Assembly (NCBI GenBank): GCA_964424195.1
Contig: CAYRHT010000001.1
Span: 207,542-271,541, forward strand
Length of the DNA: 64,000 nt
Direction of reading: 5' to 3'
Source: an uncultured Gammaproteobacteria bacterium
GTDB lineage: Bacteria > Patescibacteriota > Patescibacteriia > UBA1558 > S5-K13
Below the pieces are notes generated by a model. The model did not search any database. It was not told where the DNA came from and saw only the letters and a list, made by a program, of their open reading frames with translations. The translations under genes were made by a program, and so were the position numbers. Shown in pieces: positions 54,120 to 63,979 of this stretch. Each line of letters begins with the position of its first letter. Within the stretch, counting starts at the first letter, position 1.

Positions 54120-54665
54120 ATGCCAAAACAAGATCCAAATATTGGTCAAAAATGGTATGTTTTACATACTTATTCTGGTTATGAAGAAAATGTAAAAAGA
54201 AACCTTGAACAAAGAGCAGAGTCTATGAATATGCAAGACTTTATCTTTGATGTTTTAATACCCACAGAGACTAAGATTAAAATTAAAAATGGTAAAAGAA
54301 AAACTGTTCGGGAAAAGATTTTTCCAGGCTATGTTTTGGTAAACATGGCAGTTACTGATGCTTCTTGGTATGTAGCTCGAAATACTCCTAATGTCACTGG
54401 ATTTATTGGTTCTGGAACTACTCCAGTAGCAATGTCTGAAGCTGAAGTTAAATCATTACAAAAGAGAATGGGTGTTGAAGAACCAGAATACAAGATTGAT
54501 GTTGCTAAAGGTGATGCAGTAAAGATAGTTGATGGACCATTTAAAGGTTTTGAAGGTAAAACTGATAGTATTGATGAGAGTCACGGTAAAGTTAAAGTAT
54601 TAGTTTCAATGTTCGGTCGAGAAACTCCAGTAGAATTAGACTTTTTACAAATTAAGAAAATATAA
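54120..54665 (+). CDS. nusG: Transcription factor NusG
   Basis: WYVLHTYSGYE, FPGYVLV, KOW motif, MFGRETPVEL. Confidence 0.98.
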   Translation: MPKQDPNIGQKWYVLHTYSGYEENVKRNLEQRAESMNMQDFIFDVLIPTETKIKIKNGKRKTVREKIFPGYVLVNMAVTDASWYVARNTPNVTGFIGSGTTPVAMSEAEVKSLQKRMGVEEPEYKIDVAKGDAVKIVDGPFKGFEGKTDSIDESHGKVKVLVSMFGRETPVELDFLQIKKI

Positions 54666-54726
54666 TATAAATTAATTAAAGATTTAGATAATCTTCGGAT
54701 TTGCTTCTCTAGGTCTCAAAAAATGT

Positions 54727-55149
54727 ATGGCTAAAAAAGTAAAAACAATTATAAAATTACAAATACAAGGTGGTAAAGCAAATCCAGCTCCACCAGTTGG
54801 TCCAGCTTTAGGACAACATGGACTAGATATTCAAGGTTTTTGTACAAGATTTAATGATGCTACTAAGGATAAGATGGGAGAAATTGTACCAGCAGTTATT
54901 ACTGTATATGAAGATGCTAGTTTTGATTTTGTATTAAAAACTCCTCCAGCTTCAGCTTTGTTATTAAAAGCAGCTGGTATTAAAAAAGGTGCTGGTAATC
55001 CTTTATTAGAAACAGTAGCTACTATCTCTAAATCTCAGGTTAAAGAAATTGCTGAGAAGAAAATGCCTGATTTAAATGCCTATGATATTGAAGCAGCAAT
55101 GAAAATTATTGAAGGTACTGCTCGACAAATGGGTATTAAAGTTAAATAA
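54727..55149 (+). CDS. rplK: 50S ribosomal protein L11
   Basis: [26 protein letters not shown]. Confidence 0.98.
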   Translation: MAKKVKTIIKLQIQGGKANPAPPVGPALGQHGLDIQGFCTRFNDATKDKMGEIVPAVITVYEDASFDFVLKTPPASALLLKAAGIKKGAGNPLLETVATISKSQVKEIAEKKMPDLNAYDIEAAMKIIEGTARQMGIKVK

Positions 55150-55173
55150 ACTTAAAAATTAAAAACAAAAATT

Positions 55174-56064
55174 ATGTCATCAGCAAACAGTGCTAAGATT
55201 ACTTTCTTTTATTTATTATCACTATTTAGTTTAGCTTTCGCAGCTATTTCTAGTGGAATGATCTTATTTCAAGTGATTAATAAATTAATTCCAGATGCAC
55301 TTAATTATAGTGGTCGATTTTCAGCAGAGGCTTTAAGATTTGGTATCTCAGCTGTAATTGTAGCTACTCCTGTGTATTATTGGATGACTTCCTTAATTCA
55401 AAAGAGTTTGAAAAAAGGGGAGTTAGATAAGGAGTCTCAATTAAGAAAGTGGATGACTTATATTATTATTTTAGTTTCCGCAATCGTAATTATTGTCTCT
55501 TTAATTGGAGTTATTAATAATTATTTAAGTGGTGATTTGACTAGTAAAATTGCTTTAAAAGTATTAACCACTATTATAATCTCCGGAGTTGTTCTTTCTT
55601 ACTATCTATACAATATTAAAAGAGAGAACTTTGAAAAAGAAACAGTAGTTAAGACATATTTCTGGTCTTCATTGGTTTTAGTATTAGTAATACTAGTTTC
55701 TGGATTTTTAGTAGCTGATTCTCCAGCTCAAGTTAGAAAGATTAAACATGATCGTAACATCATTAATGATTTAAATAGTATTAAATATCAAATTGAAAAT
55801 TACACTAGGAATTATGGAAAATTACCAGAAGATTTGAAAGATTTAAATATGCTTAAAATTGACTATTTTGAAAGAGATGGAGAGGTTACAGATTTTGAGT
55901 ATAAAGTTTTAGAGGATAATGAATACGAAATTTGTGCTGAATTTGAAACCAATAGTGAAGAAATGGATGATTTGTATGGTAATCAAAGAGAATGGCCTCA
56001 TAAAATTGGGAAAGAATGTTTTCAAAGAACTGTAAATTTAATAGACATTCAATTAAAAAATTAA
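55174..56064 (+). CDS. DUF5671-like membrane protein
   Basis: FFYLLSL...IS.VIV.TPVY...LRKW..Y; C-terminal SP...R...D...DL..I...YEICAEF. Confidence 0.75.
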   Translation: MSSANSAKITFFYLLSLFSLAFAAISSGMILFQVINKLIPDALNYSGRFSAEALRFGISAVIVATPVYYWMTSLIQKSLKKGELDKESQLRKWMTYIIILVSAIVIIVSLIGVINNYLSGDLTSKIALKVLTTIIISGVVLSYYLYNIKRENFEKETVVKTYFWSSLVLVLVILVSGFLVADSPAQVRKIKHDRNIINDLNSIKYQIENYTRNYGKLPEDLKDLNMLKIDYFERDGEVTDFEYKVLEDNEYEICAEFETNSEEMDDLYGNQREWPHKIGKECFQRTVNLIDIQLKN

Positions 56065-56077
56065 ATAATATAATTAA

Positions 56078-56112
56078 TCGAGGGAGCGTTAAATAATGCA
56101 TTAATACCTCGA
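56078..56112 (+). promoter_or_regulatory. Ribosomal protein L1 autoregulatory mRNA site
   Basis: TCGAGG-GAG-CGTTA-AA-TAATG-CATTAATA-CCTCGA: helix / GAG internal loop / helix, as in the E. coli L1 target. Confidence 0.75.
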
Positions 56113-56128
56113 AAGAAAGAAAATTAGT

Positions 56129-56806
56129 ATGGGAAAACAATCAAAGAGATTCAAAGAAATAAATGCTAAAATTGAAAAGGATAAAGTATATTCTTTAGAA
56201 GAAGCAGTAGCATTGGTTAAAGAGACTTCTAATGTAAAGTTTGATGCTTCAGTTGAAATTCATATGAATTTAGGAATTGATCCTAAAAAAGGTGATCAAA
56301 TTATTAGATCAACAGTTACTTTACCGAATGGAAATGGTAAAGAAAAGAAAATTGCAGCTTTTACTTCTAAGATTGATGAAGCTCAGAAAGCTGGAGCAAG
56401 TATTGCTGGTGATGATGATTTAATTGCTAAGATTAAGAAAACCGGTAAATGTGATTTTGATGTAGCAGTAGCTACACCAGAGATGATGCCGAAGATTGCT
56501 CAAATTGCTAAAGTTTTAGGACAGAAGGGTTTAATGCCTAATCCAAAATCAGGAACTATTGGACCAAATGTTACTAAAATGATTGAAGAGCTTAAAAAAG
56601 GTAAAGAAACATTTAAGAATGATGATTCTGCTAATGTTCATTTAGCTGTTGGTAAAGTTAGTTTTACAGAAGAGCAATTAGTAGAAAATATTTCTAGCTT
56701 TTTAGAGACTGTTAAGAAGATTAAACCTAGTGGAGTTAAAGGAACTTATATCAAAGGTGTTTCTATGTCTTCCAGTATGGGTCCTGGAATAAAGATTAGT
56801 GTATAA
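56129..56806 (+). CDS. rplA: 50S ribosomal protein L1
   Basis: KFDASVE, GLMPNPKSGT, SSSMGPG. Confidence 0.98.
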   Translation: MGKQSKRFKEINAKIEKDKVYSLEEAVALVKETSNVKFDASVEIHMNLGIDPKKGDQIIRSTVTLPNGNGKEKKIAAFTSKIDEAQKAGASIAGDDDLIAKIKKTGKCDFDVAVATPEMMPKIAQIAKVLGQKGLMPNPKSGTIGPNVTKMIEELKKGKETFKNDDSANVHLAVGKVSFTEEQLVENISSFLETVKKIKPSGVKGTYIKGVSMSSSMGPGIKISV

Positions 56807-56824
56807 GATATATTTTTAGATATT

Positions 56825-56852
56825 AAAAAGGAAGTCAATGACTTCCTTTTTT
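56825..56852 (+). terminator. Intrinsic terminator after rplA
   Basis: AAAAAGGAAGTCA-A-TGACTTCCTTTTT. Confidence 0.85.
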
Positions 56853-56901
56853 GTTTAATATTTGTTAAATTTAGTATATGAAAGAAAATAAAATAAAATA
56901 A

Positions 56902-58461
56902 ATGTCTAAAAAGAAAATAAAGCTAGGAGATTTGTATTTCATTGCCGCGGAAATAACACATGATACTATTTTTATGATGGGAGCTCCTGGTAAATATTTT
57001 ATGCAAGAATGGTATAAAATAGGATTTGGTAATTATTTGCATAAATGTTATTTTTATTTTCAAGGTGATTTTTGTCAAATGTGGTTTAAGAGATCAGAAT
57101 GGGATGCTCAGTCTAATTTTTTAGCTAATAAGATGATTGGCAAACCAGATTGGACTTTGAAGAAATTAAAAGATATTGAAATTTGGTCAAAGAATTTTAT
57201 GAAAGAGTCTAGTAAATTTGTTAAATTATCTTTTTCAGAAATGAGTAATCAGGAGATTATAAAAGCTTATAAAAAAGTTCATAAATGGCACAAATTATCT
57301 CATGGAATATCTCCAGCTTTAACTTGGATGGCTGATGCTGATGGTGAAAGAGTGAGTAAAGCAATTATTAAAATAGTAGATGAACAAATTAAAAAGCGAA
57401 AATTAAAATTAAATACAGCTTCGGTTTTTAGCATTTTTTCTAGTTCTATTCGAGATAGTTTTACTACTAAGGAAGAAAAGGAATTCTTAAAAGTATCTCA
57501 GAAAATTATTGAACAAAAAGATATTAAGAGAATTTTTCAAAAATTTAAATTAGAACAATTAGAGAAGGAATTGAAGAAAAAAGATAGGAAAATGTTTAGA
57601 CTTCTTTATTGTCATTATCAAAAATGGGCTTGGTTACTCTTTGGATATAAAGGTCCAGCATATAGTTTGGAATATTTTTTAGAGAGATGGCAAATAATTA
57701 TTCAGAAAAAAGTTTCTCCAAGCAAGGCTTTAAAAGAAATTAATGTTCAAAAAGAAGAAACTAAAGAAGAGCAAAAACAATTATTAAAAAAGTTAAAGTT
57801 TAATTCTAGTCAATTAAAGTTATTAAAAGTGACTCAAGAAATCCTTTTTATTAAAGAATTTAGAAAAGGAGCTTTGTATCATGGAATGTATTGTTATGAG
57901 CCTTGTTTTAAAGAAATATCACGGAGATTAGCTTTAACTATTGATCAAGTTTGGGCTATGCCTTCTTGGGAAGTATTAAATGTTTTAAAAACTGATCGAG
58001 TCGATCAAGATAAATTAAATCAACGTTTAAAAGAAGCTATTTGTTGTATAGATAGAAAAAATTATTTTGTTTATAGTGGGGAAAAAGCTAGAAAAATATT
58101 TAATAGTCTTTCAAAAGAAAAGATTCCTAATAAAAAAGATGTTCAAGAATTAACTGGAACTTGTGCTTGTCCAGGTTATGCTAAAGGGAAAGTTAAAATT
58201 ATAGAAGTTCCAGAAGATATGATTAAAATGAAAAAAGGTGATATTTTAGTTTCAGAAACAACATATCCTTCTTTAGTGCCAGCTATGAAAAAAGCCAGTG
58301 CTATTGTAACTAATGCTGGTGGTTTAACTTGTCATGCTGCTATAGTTTCTAGAGAATTAAAAATCCCTTGTGTAGTAGGAACTAAAATAGCTAATAAAAT
58401 TTTAGATGATGGGGATAAAGTAGAGGTTAATGCTAGTAGAGGAATTGTTAAAAAGATATAA
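56902..58461 (+). CDS. PEP-utilizer (phospho-His swivel) protein with a large helical N-terminal domain
   Basis: C-terminal GDILV..TT.P...AIVTNAGGLTCHAAIVSRELKIPCVVG. Confidence 0.88.
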   Translation: MSKKKIKLGDLYFIAAEITHDTIFMMGAPGKYFMQEWYKIGFGNYLHKCYFYFQGDFCQMWFKRSEWDAQSNFLANKMIGKPDWTLKKLKDIEIWSKNFMKESSKFVKLSFSEMSNQEIIKAYKKVHKWHKLSHGISPALTWMADADGERVSKAIIKIVDEQIKKRKLKLNTASVFSIFSSSIRDSFTTKEEKEFLKVSQKIIEQKDIKRIFQKFKLEQLEKELKKKDRKMFRLLYCHYQKWAWLLFGYKGPAYSLEYFLERWQIIIQKKVSPSKALKEINVQKEETKEEQKQLLKKLKFNSSQLKLLKVTQEILFIKEFRKGALYHGMYCYEPCFKEISRRLALTIDQVWAMPSWEVLNVLKTDRVDQDKLNQRLKEAICCIDRKNYFVYSGEKARKIFNSLSKEKIPNKKDVQELTGTCACPGYAKGKVKIIEVPEDMIKMKKGDILVSETTYPSLVPAMKKASAIVTNAGGLTCHAAIVSRELKIPCVVGTKIANKILDDGDKVEVNASRGIVKKI

Positions 58462-58473
58462 ATAGATCATTTT

Positions 58474-59511
58474 ATGAATAAACAAAAACTTATTAGAATA
58501 GCTATTAGAGATCGTTCATTATTGAATGGTTATATTTGGCATAAAAACAAACGATTGTCTTATAAAACTTGGCTTGATTATTCTATAAAAAATGATGTTG
58601 TTATTCGCCCACCTAATAAAAAGATGTCTGTTTGGTTTGATCCTAATGAACTATATAAAATCAATAAACTTATTTTAAAAAAAATTACAAAAGATTCTTC
58701 TTTTGTAGATAGAATTGAAGAATCAGCACGTTCCGTATGGAAAGAACTGCAACCCTTTATTAGTAAAAAAAAGCCAATTAGTACTATTACTGAATTTCAA
58801 TTCTTTTTTCATTCATATATTCTGTGGTGGTCACATGTTTCAATATTCATGATTATTCCAGATATTGAAGAAATTCCTTTAGTGATTAAAGAAAAAGTAC
58901 TTGGGATACGTTCAAAGTATGAGAAATTTTCTGATGTTTCAGATCAATTACTACTTCAATATTTTAAAAAATATTTTCCAGATTATAAGGATATATCTAA
59001 TGTTATTAGTCCAGATGAAATTGTGTCTTTGTCAAAAAATACTCTTACTATTAAAGAGTTAGATGCGATAAAAAAGAGAAATAAGAGAGGTTGGGTATTA
59101 ATAAACGGCGAGCTGTCTAGTCATAATAATATTGAGAAGTTATTAACCAAACATCGTCTTAAGTTAACTACTGATATTGCCGAAACAAATATAGATAGGC
59201 TTGTAGGTATGTCGGCATATAAAGGAAACATTAGAGGTGTGGTTAAGTTAGTTTTTAATAAAAGAGATTTATATAAGGTTAAAAAGGGTGATATTTTGGT
59301 TTCTGATGCTACGACACCAGATTTTTTACCAGCAATGAATAAAGCTACAGGATTTATAACTGATGAAGGCGGAATTACTTCACATACTGCTATTGTTGCA
59401 AGAGAAATGAAGAAACCTTGTATAGTTGGTACTAAAATTGCTACTCAAGTATTAAAAGATGGGGATTTAGTAGAAGTGGATGCTGACAAAGGTATTGTTA
59501 AAAAAATATAA
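58474..59511 (+). CDS. PEP-utilizer (phospho-His swivel) protein with a divergent N-terminus
   Basis: TTPD...DEGGITSHTAIVAREMKKPCIVG. Confidence 0.88.
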   Translation: MNKQKLIRIAIRDRSLLNGYIWHKNKRLSYKTWLDYSIKNDVVIRPPNKKMSVWFDPNELYKINKLILKKITKDSSFVDRIEESARSVWKELQPFISKKKPISTITEFQFFFHSYILWWSHVSIFMIIPDIEEIPLVIKEKVLGIRSKYEKFSDVSDQLLLQYFKKYFPDYKDISNVISPDEIVSLSKNTLTIKELDAIKKRNKRGWVLINGELSSHNNIEKLLTKHRLKLTTDIAETNIDRLVGMSAYKGNIRGVVKLVFNKRDLYKVKKGDILVSDATTPDFLPAMNKATGFITDEGGITSHTAIVAREMKKPCIVGTKIATQVLKDGDLVEVDADKGIVKKI

Positions 59512-59533
59512 ATAGAAATTTATAGAAAAAAAT

Positions 59534-59561
59534 TCAAGCCCATGCAATTGCAAGGGCTTGA
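59534..59561. terminator. Hairpin between convergent genes
   Basis: TCAAGCCC.TGC-AATT-GCA.GGGCTTGA. Confidence 0.6.
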
Positions 59562-59583
59562 TTGTGATCAGAGTAAAACTTAC

Positions 59584-60201
59584 TTATAATGTTGCTTCAG
59601 GTGTAAATTTTACTACTGATAGAATGTTTTCTCCGTCTGAGAAAATGACGTAAGATTGACATTCTTTTAAGCTGATTTTATCAGCAGAAATTAATTCTTT
59701 GCGAGCCATAAAGATTGATGGCCCTGGTTCATGAGATGTTCCGAAAATGAAATTAGGTTCAGATTTAACACTAAAATCATAGATAGTATCCATTGCTTTA
59801 TCAAAAGGTTGGTCTCCAAACAATGATGGAAACTCAGCAAGTTGTTTGAAAATTTCTGGAATACTAAAGTCTTCTTTCATTTCTTTGAACCATTCTCCTT
59901 TGTTAATTTTTTTGGAACTAATAATTGAATCTAAGCGATCGTCTTGAACCATCTGTGACGGGTGAAAGGTTTCCCACAAAGTTAGACCCGTTCTAATTTT
60001 AGGGGAATGATGAAATTTTGGTTCTCCAAGTTCAGATAATCTGTAGATTAGTTCTCGATAATCAGGCTCTACTTTTTGACAAAGAGTAATGCCATATGGT
60101 GTTAATGTGCGTGCGTTGTTTTCACCTTCTGATATGCTTTCAGAATGACGCATAATTACTGCTACTTTCGTAGCTTCTTTGGGAATAATAATTCCACTCA
60201 T
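59584..60201 (-). CDS. Histidine phosphatase superfamily protein (SixA/PGM-like)
   Basis: VIMRHSES, R.LTPYG, HSPKIRT, GTSHEP; AGGAGG SD; upstream TTGACT-N17-TATATT. Confidence 0.7.
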   Translation of the reverse strand: MSGIIIPKEATKVAVIMRHSESISEGENNARTLTPYGITLCQKVEPDYRELIYRLSELGEPKFHHSPKIRTGLTLWETFHPSQMVQDDRLDSIISSKKINKGEWFKEMKEDFSIPEIFKQLAEFPSLFGDQPFDKAMDTIYDFSVKSEPNFIFGTSHEPGPSIFMARKELISADKISLKECQSYVIFSDGENILSVVKFTPEATL

Positions 60202-60355
60202 GATTTCCTCCTGTTTTTTTTGCTTTATTTTTCTACCTTATTCTTTTATTTTAGGCATTATATTAATATATCATATTTTAACTAAAAAGTCAAGTATATT
60301 TTATCTCTAAAAATTGTTAAGATTAACTTGTATTATAAGTAATAATATTATATTT

Positions 60356-61300
60356 ATGAACAAAATTATACAATTTTCAAAAATCTCCAAAAAAGATGTT
60401 CATTTAGCTGGAGGTAAGGGAGCTTCTTTAGGAGAAATGACTCAAGTTAAGATTCCAGTACCAGAAGGTTTTGTGATTACTGCCGGTGTATTTGATGAAT
60501 TTTTGTTAGAAACAGATTTATACCAAGATATTAAGGCTCAATTAAAGAAGGTGAATTATCAGGATACTAATTCTGTTGATAAGACTTCTAATGTTATTAG
60601 AGACTTAATTAATGATGCTGAATTTCCGACAGAATTAGCAAAGGAGATTGTTCAAGATTTCAAGAAATTAAAATGTAAATATGTAGCAGTTAGAAGTTCA
60701 GCTACCGCAGAAGATTCTTCCACGGCTTCTTGGGCCGGTGAACTCGATACTTTTCTAAATACCACTGAAAAAACTTTAACAGATAATATTAAAAAATGTT
60801 GGTCATCTTTATTCACCCCTCGAGCTATATTCTACCGAAAAGAAAAGAAATTATTAAATGCTAAGGTTTCAGTAGCAGTAGTAATTCAGAAAATGATTCA
60901 ATCTGAAATTTCTGGTATTACTTTTACAGTTCATCCTGTAACTAAGGACAAGAATCAAATGATTATTGAAGCTGGTTATGGTTTAGGAGAAGCTATTGTT
61001 TCGGGAAGTATTACTCCTGATTCTTATGTGGTTGATAAAAGAGATTTTTCTATTCTAGATATTAATATTGCTGAACAAAGTAGGAAATTAATTCAAAAAT
61101 CAGTTAAGGGAGACAATAAATGGGTTAAAATTCCTAAGAAGGAAGGTGAAAAACAAGTTTTAAGTGGTAAGCAGATAATAGAATTAGCAAAGCTTTGTGC
61201 AAAAATTGAAAAACATTATAAATTTCCTTGTGATATTGAATGGGCCTTTGAAAAGAGTAAATTCTATATCACTCAATCTCGGCCAATAACGACTTTGTAA
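60356..61300 (+). CDS. Stand-alone PEP/pyruvate-binding ATP-grasp domain (PpsA/RPH N-terminal module)
   Basis: GGKGASLGE, VAVRSSATAED, AG..DTFLN, GLGEAIVSG, DIEWA...QSRPITT then stop; ATG 60356 preferred. Confidence 0.93.
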   Translation: MNKIIQFSKISKKDVHLAGGKGASLGEMTQVKIPVPEGFVITAGVFDEFLLETDLYQDIKAQLKKVNYQDTNSVDKTSNVIRDLINDAEFPTELAKEIVQDFKKLKCKYVAVRSSATAEDSSTASWAGELDTFLNTTEKTLTDNIKKCWSSLFTPRAIFYRKEKKLLNAKVSVAVVIQKMIQSEISGITFTVHPVTKDKNQMIIEAGYGLGEAIVSGSITPDSYVVDKRDFSILDINIAEQSRKLIQKSVKGDNKWVKIPKKEGEKQVLSGKQIIELAKLCAKIEKHYKFPCDIEWAFEKSKFYITQSRPITTL

Positions 61301-61380
61301 AATATTATTTTCGTGATATATTTAAGACAGGTTTGAATTATATTAATTTATAATAAACATTTTATTAATAATAAAAAAAT

Positions 61381-62520
61381 GTGAGTGCAGCATGGGAAAG
61401 ACCGGTGGAGGACAAAACATTAGAATTTATTAGACACGCAGATAAAGTCTCAAGTAAATTAACACCAGAGGATGTTTCTGAAGATGAAATTGAAAAAATG
61501 AGGGCTAAAGTTAAAGCTACTAATCCTGATATTGATGATTCTGATGAAGAATCGCTTCGCAATTTAGTTTTATTAGAAAAAGATTCTGCGGTTTTCGGAC
61601 CAGAAATTGATGGAAAAAAAGAGAAATCTTCTATTACTTTTGCTGGTATTTTGAGAACTCAACAAGAGGCTAAAGAATTTGCAAAAAAAATGGAGCATTC
61701 TGATGAGGAAGCGGTTATTATTATAGGTCCTGGAAGTCCTAAGGATCGTTGTCAGGAGACAGAATGGATTTATGAACAAGAGCTTAAAAAAGCTCATGGT
61801 GTAGCTTCTGATGGCGTCTATAATGCACATAGTGAAGAAAATGGAATACCATCTCAGAAAGAGTTAGATGAAGGAGATTATGCTAGGGTTGCTTTTGTGA
61901 ATAACAAAAATATTGAAGGAATTGAAGCTGAGAAGGTTGGACCATGGGGACCAGAGTATCTTAGTCAAATGAAAGATTTAGTTAATGAATCGGTGGAAGA
62001 CAAAGAAACTCCTGCTATAAAAGTTTGGGTAGCCTTAAAGAATGAAGTTGATACTTTAAGAAAAGAATTTGTAGATCAAGGAATAATTGATGAAGATAAG
62101 TTAACAGAGATAGATCCAGCATTATTTAAAACCAAAGAGAATACTCCGGAAATGGTTGCTAGGGATGTTATTAAGTACTTTAAACAAGTTTTAGAAACAT
62201 GTTTAGAAAAATACCCTGATAGAGAAGTTCATTTTATTAGTGCTAGTCATAATATGATTTTAGATGTTGCTTCTTTAAGACTTTTGGGCCATAAAATAAG
62301 TAGAGAGAATTTAAAAGAATTAAAACTTCCTAATAATAAAGATTACGAAGCTAGTTTCCCCCTAGAGAGCAGGAGTATAAAATTTATCAAGGGTACACTG
62401 CTTTTTCATTTTAGGGGAAAGGAAAAGAAATTTACTACTAGAGATTTGGAAAAGTTAACTAAAGATGGTGGTACTCTAGATCAAGAGGCAGAAGAAAGAT
62501 TGAAAGAGTGGCAATCTTAA
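61381..62520 (+). CDS. Divergent histidine-phosphatase-like protein
   Basis: EFIRHADK, GSPKDRCQET, ISASHN; family call tentative. Confidence 0.5.
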   Translation: MSAAWERPVEDKTLEFIRHADKVSSKLTPEDVSEDEIEKMRAKVKATNPDIDDSDEESLRNLVLLEKDSAVFGPEIDGKKEKSSITFAGILRTQQEAKEFAKKMEHSDEEAVIIIGPGSPKDRCQETEWIYEQELKKAHGVASDGVYNAHSEENGIPSQKELDEGDYARVAFVNNKNIEGIEAEKVGPWGPEYLSQMKDLVNESVEDKETPAIKVWVALKNEVDTLRKEFVDQGIIDEDKLTEIDPALFKTKENTPEMVARDVIKYFKQVLETCLEKYPDREVHFISASHNMILDVASLRLLGHKISRENLKELKLPNNKDYEASFPLESRSIKFIKGTLLFHFRGKEKKFTTRDLEKLTKDGGTLDQEAEERLKEWQS

Positions 62521-62545
62521 AACAAGAGAGTTTGATCAAAAAATT

Positions 62546-63979
62546 GTGTGGATTAAATATATCACAAGACGTTTAGCGGTTCAAGTTACTCAGCAATGGA
62601 ACTTTGGATGGGGAACTGCTATGGAAAAAGTTTATGGAGTATCTGTAAGAAATACTCTGGTTTTTCGTGATCAAAAAAAGACAGAATATTATGTGGATCA
62701 AAAAGAACATAATAAATATGTATTGGACTTATATAATCTTTTAGATAATAAGGTTTTTGTTAAAAATTTTCATAAGGACGCTCAGAAAAAGATAGAGGAA
62801 ATTTTTAAAAAGATAATAAATAAATTAGATATGGATCTGTCTAATTTGTCGAATGAAGAATTGATAAAACTTTATCAGAATTTTATTTTACCCAATACAG
62901 AAGAATTTTATGTTCGAATGTGGACTGTTTTTAATATTGGAAAACCACTCTCCATAGTGATTGAAAGAGAATTAAAGAAATATGTAAAAAATTCTAATAA
63001 GTTAATTAAATATTTATTAATTTTATCTTCTCCTGCAGAGCCCAACGATGTTTTAAATGAAAGAATAGATTTATTGAAATTGAAGATTTTAGAAAGTAAA
63101 ATTGATCAAGAAAATTTTTTACAGAAATTGAAGTTACATACGGAAAATTATAAACATATACCAATGTTTGACTTTGATCATAATCCTTATACCATATCTC
63201 ACTTTAGGAAAGAAATAAATCTTATTAAAAATCCAGAGAAGGAGATTAGAAAAATAAGAAAAGCGTTTGAAAAAAGAAAAAGTGATTTAAATAGAATTTT
63301 TAAGGAAATTAAACCAAGTCACAAGTTGAAAAATTTAATAGAGTTTTTAAAGGAAAATGTTTTTTTAAGAGATTATAGAGATATGGTTAGACAGAAATTG
63401 AATTTGCAATTAAGAAAATTTTATCAAGAAGTGGGTCAAAGATTAGACTTAAATGTTAAACAAGTTGCTGTTTTGACTAATGAAGAGATTGTTGAATATT
63501 TGAATAAAAATAAAAAATTTCCTAAGAAAGAAATAAAACAAAGGGAAAGGAATTATCTATTAATTCAAAAAGATAAGAAATATTGGGTTTATTCAGGAAA
63601 AAATGCTCTAGTTAAATTTAGGAAAGAGTTAAAAGAAGTAATAGAGAATAAAAAAATTTTAGAATTACATGGTATTATTGCATCTAAAGGTGTTGCTAAA
63701 GGTATTGTTAAAGTAGTTTATACTAATAAAGATCTTTATAAAATAAATAAGGGAGATATTTTAGTCGCTTGTATGACTAGACAAGATTTTGTACCAGCAA
63801 TGAGAAAATGTTCAGCTATTGTTATCGATGAAGGAAGTATTACTTGTCATGCAGCTATTATTGCTCGAGAATTAAGTGTTCCTTGTCTAGTGGCTATCAA
63901 ACAAGCTACTAGAGTTTTAAAAGATGGAGACTTAGTGGAAGTAGATGCAAATAAAGGGGCAGTTAAGAAAATTAAATAA
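62546..63979 (+). CDS. PEP-utilizer (phospho-His swivel) protein with a large helical N-terminal domain
   Basis: GDILVACMT...DEGSITCHAAIIARELSVPC. Confidence 0.88.
   Translation: MWIKYITRRLAVQVTQQWNFGWGTAMEKVYGVSVRNTLVFRDQKKTEYYVDQKEHNKYVLDLYNLLDNKVFVKNFHKDAQKKIEEIFKKIINKLDMDLSNLSNEELIKLYQNFILPNTEEFYVRMWTVFNIGKPLSIVIERELKKYVKNSNKLIKYLLILSSPAEPNDVLNERIDLLKLKILESKIDQENFLQKLKLHTENYKHIPMFDFDHNPYTISHFRKEINLIKNPEKEIRKIRKAFEKRKSDLNRIFKEIKPSHKLKNLIEFLKENVFLRDYRDMVRQKLNLQLRKFYQEVGQRLDLNVKQVAVLTNEEIVEYLNKNKKFPKKEIKQRERNYLLIQKDKKYWVYSGKNALVKFRKELKEVIENKKILELHGIIASKGVAKGIVKVVYTNKDLYKINKGDILVACMTRQDFVPAMRKCSAIVIDEGSITCHAAIIARELSVPCLVAIKQATRVLKDGDLVEVDANKGAVKKIK

Noticed and set aside
60356-61300. Truncated ppsA pseudogene
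   Set aside because: Ends exactly at the domain boundary (QSRPITTL) with intact motifs, and His-domain partners lie nearby.
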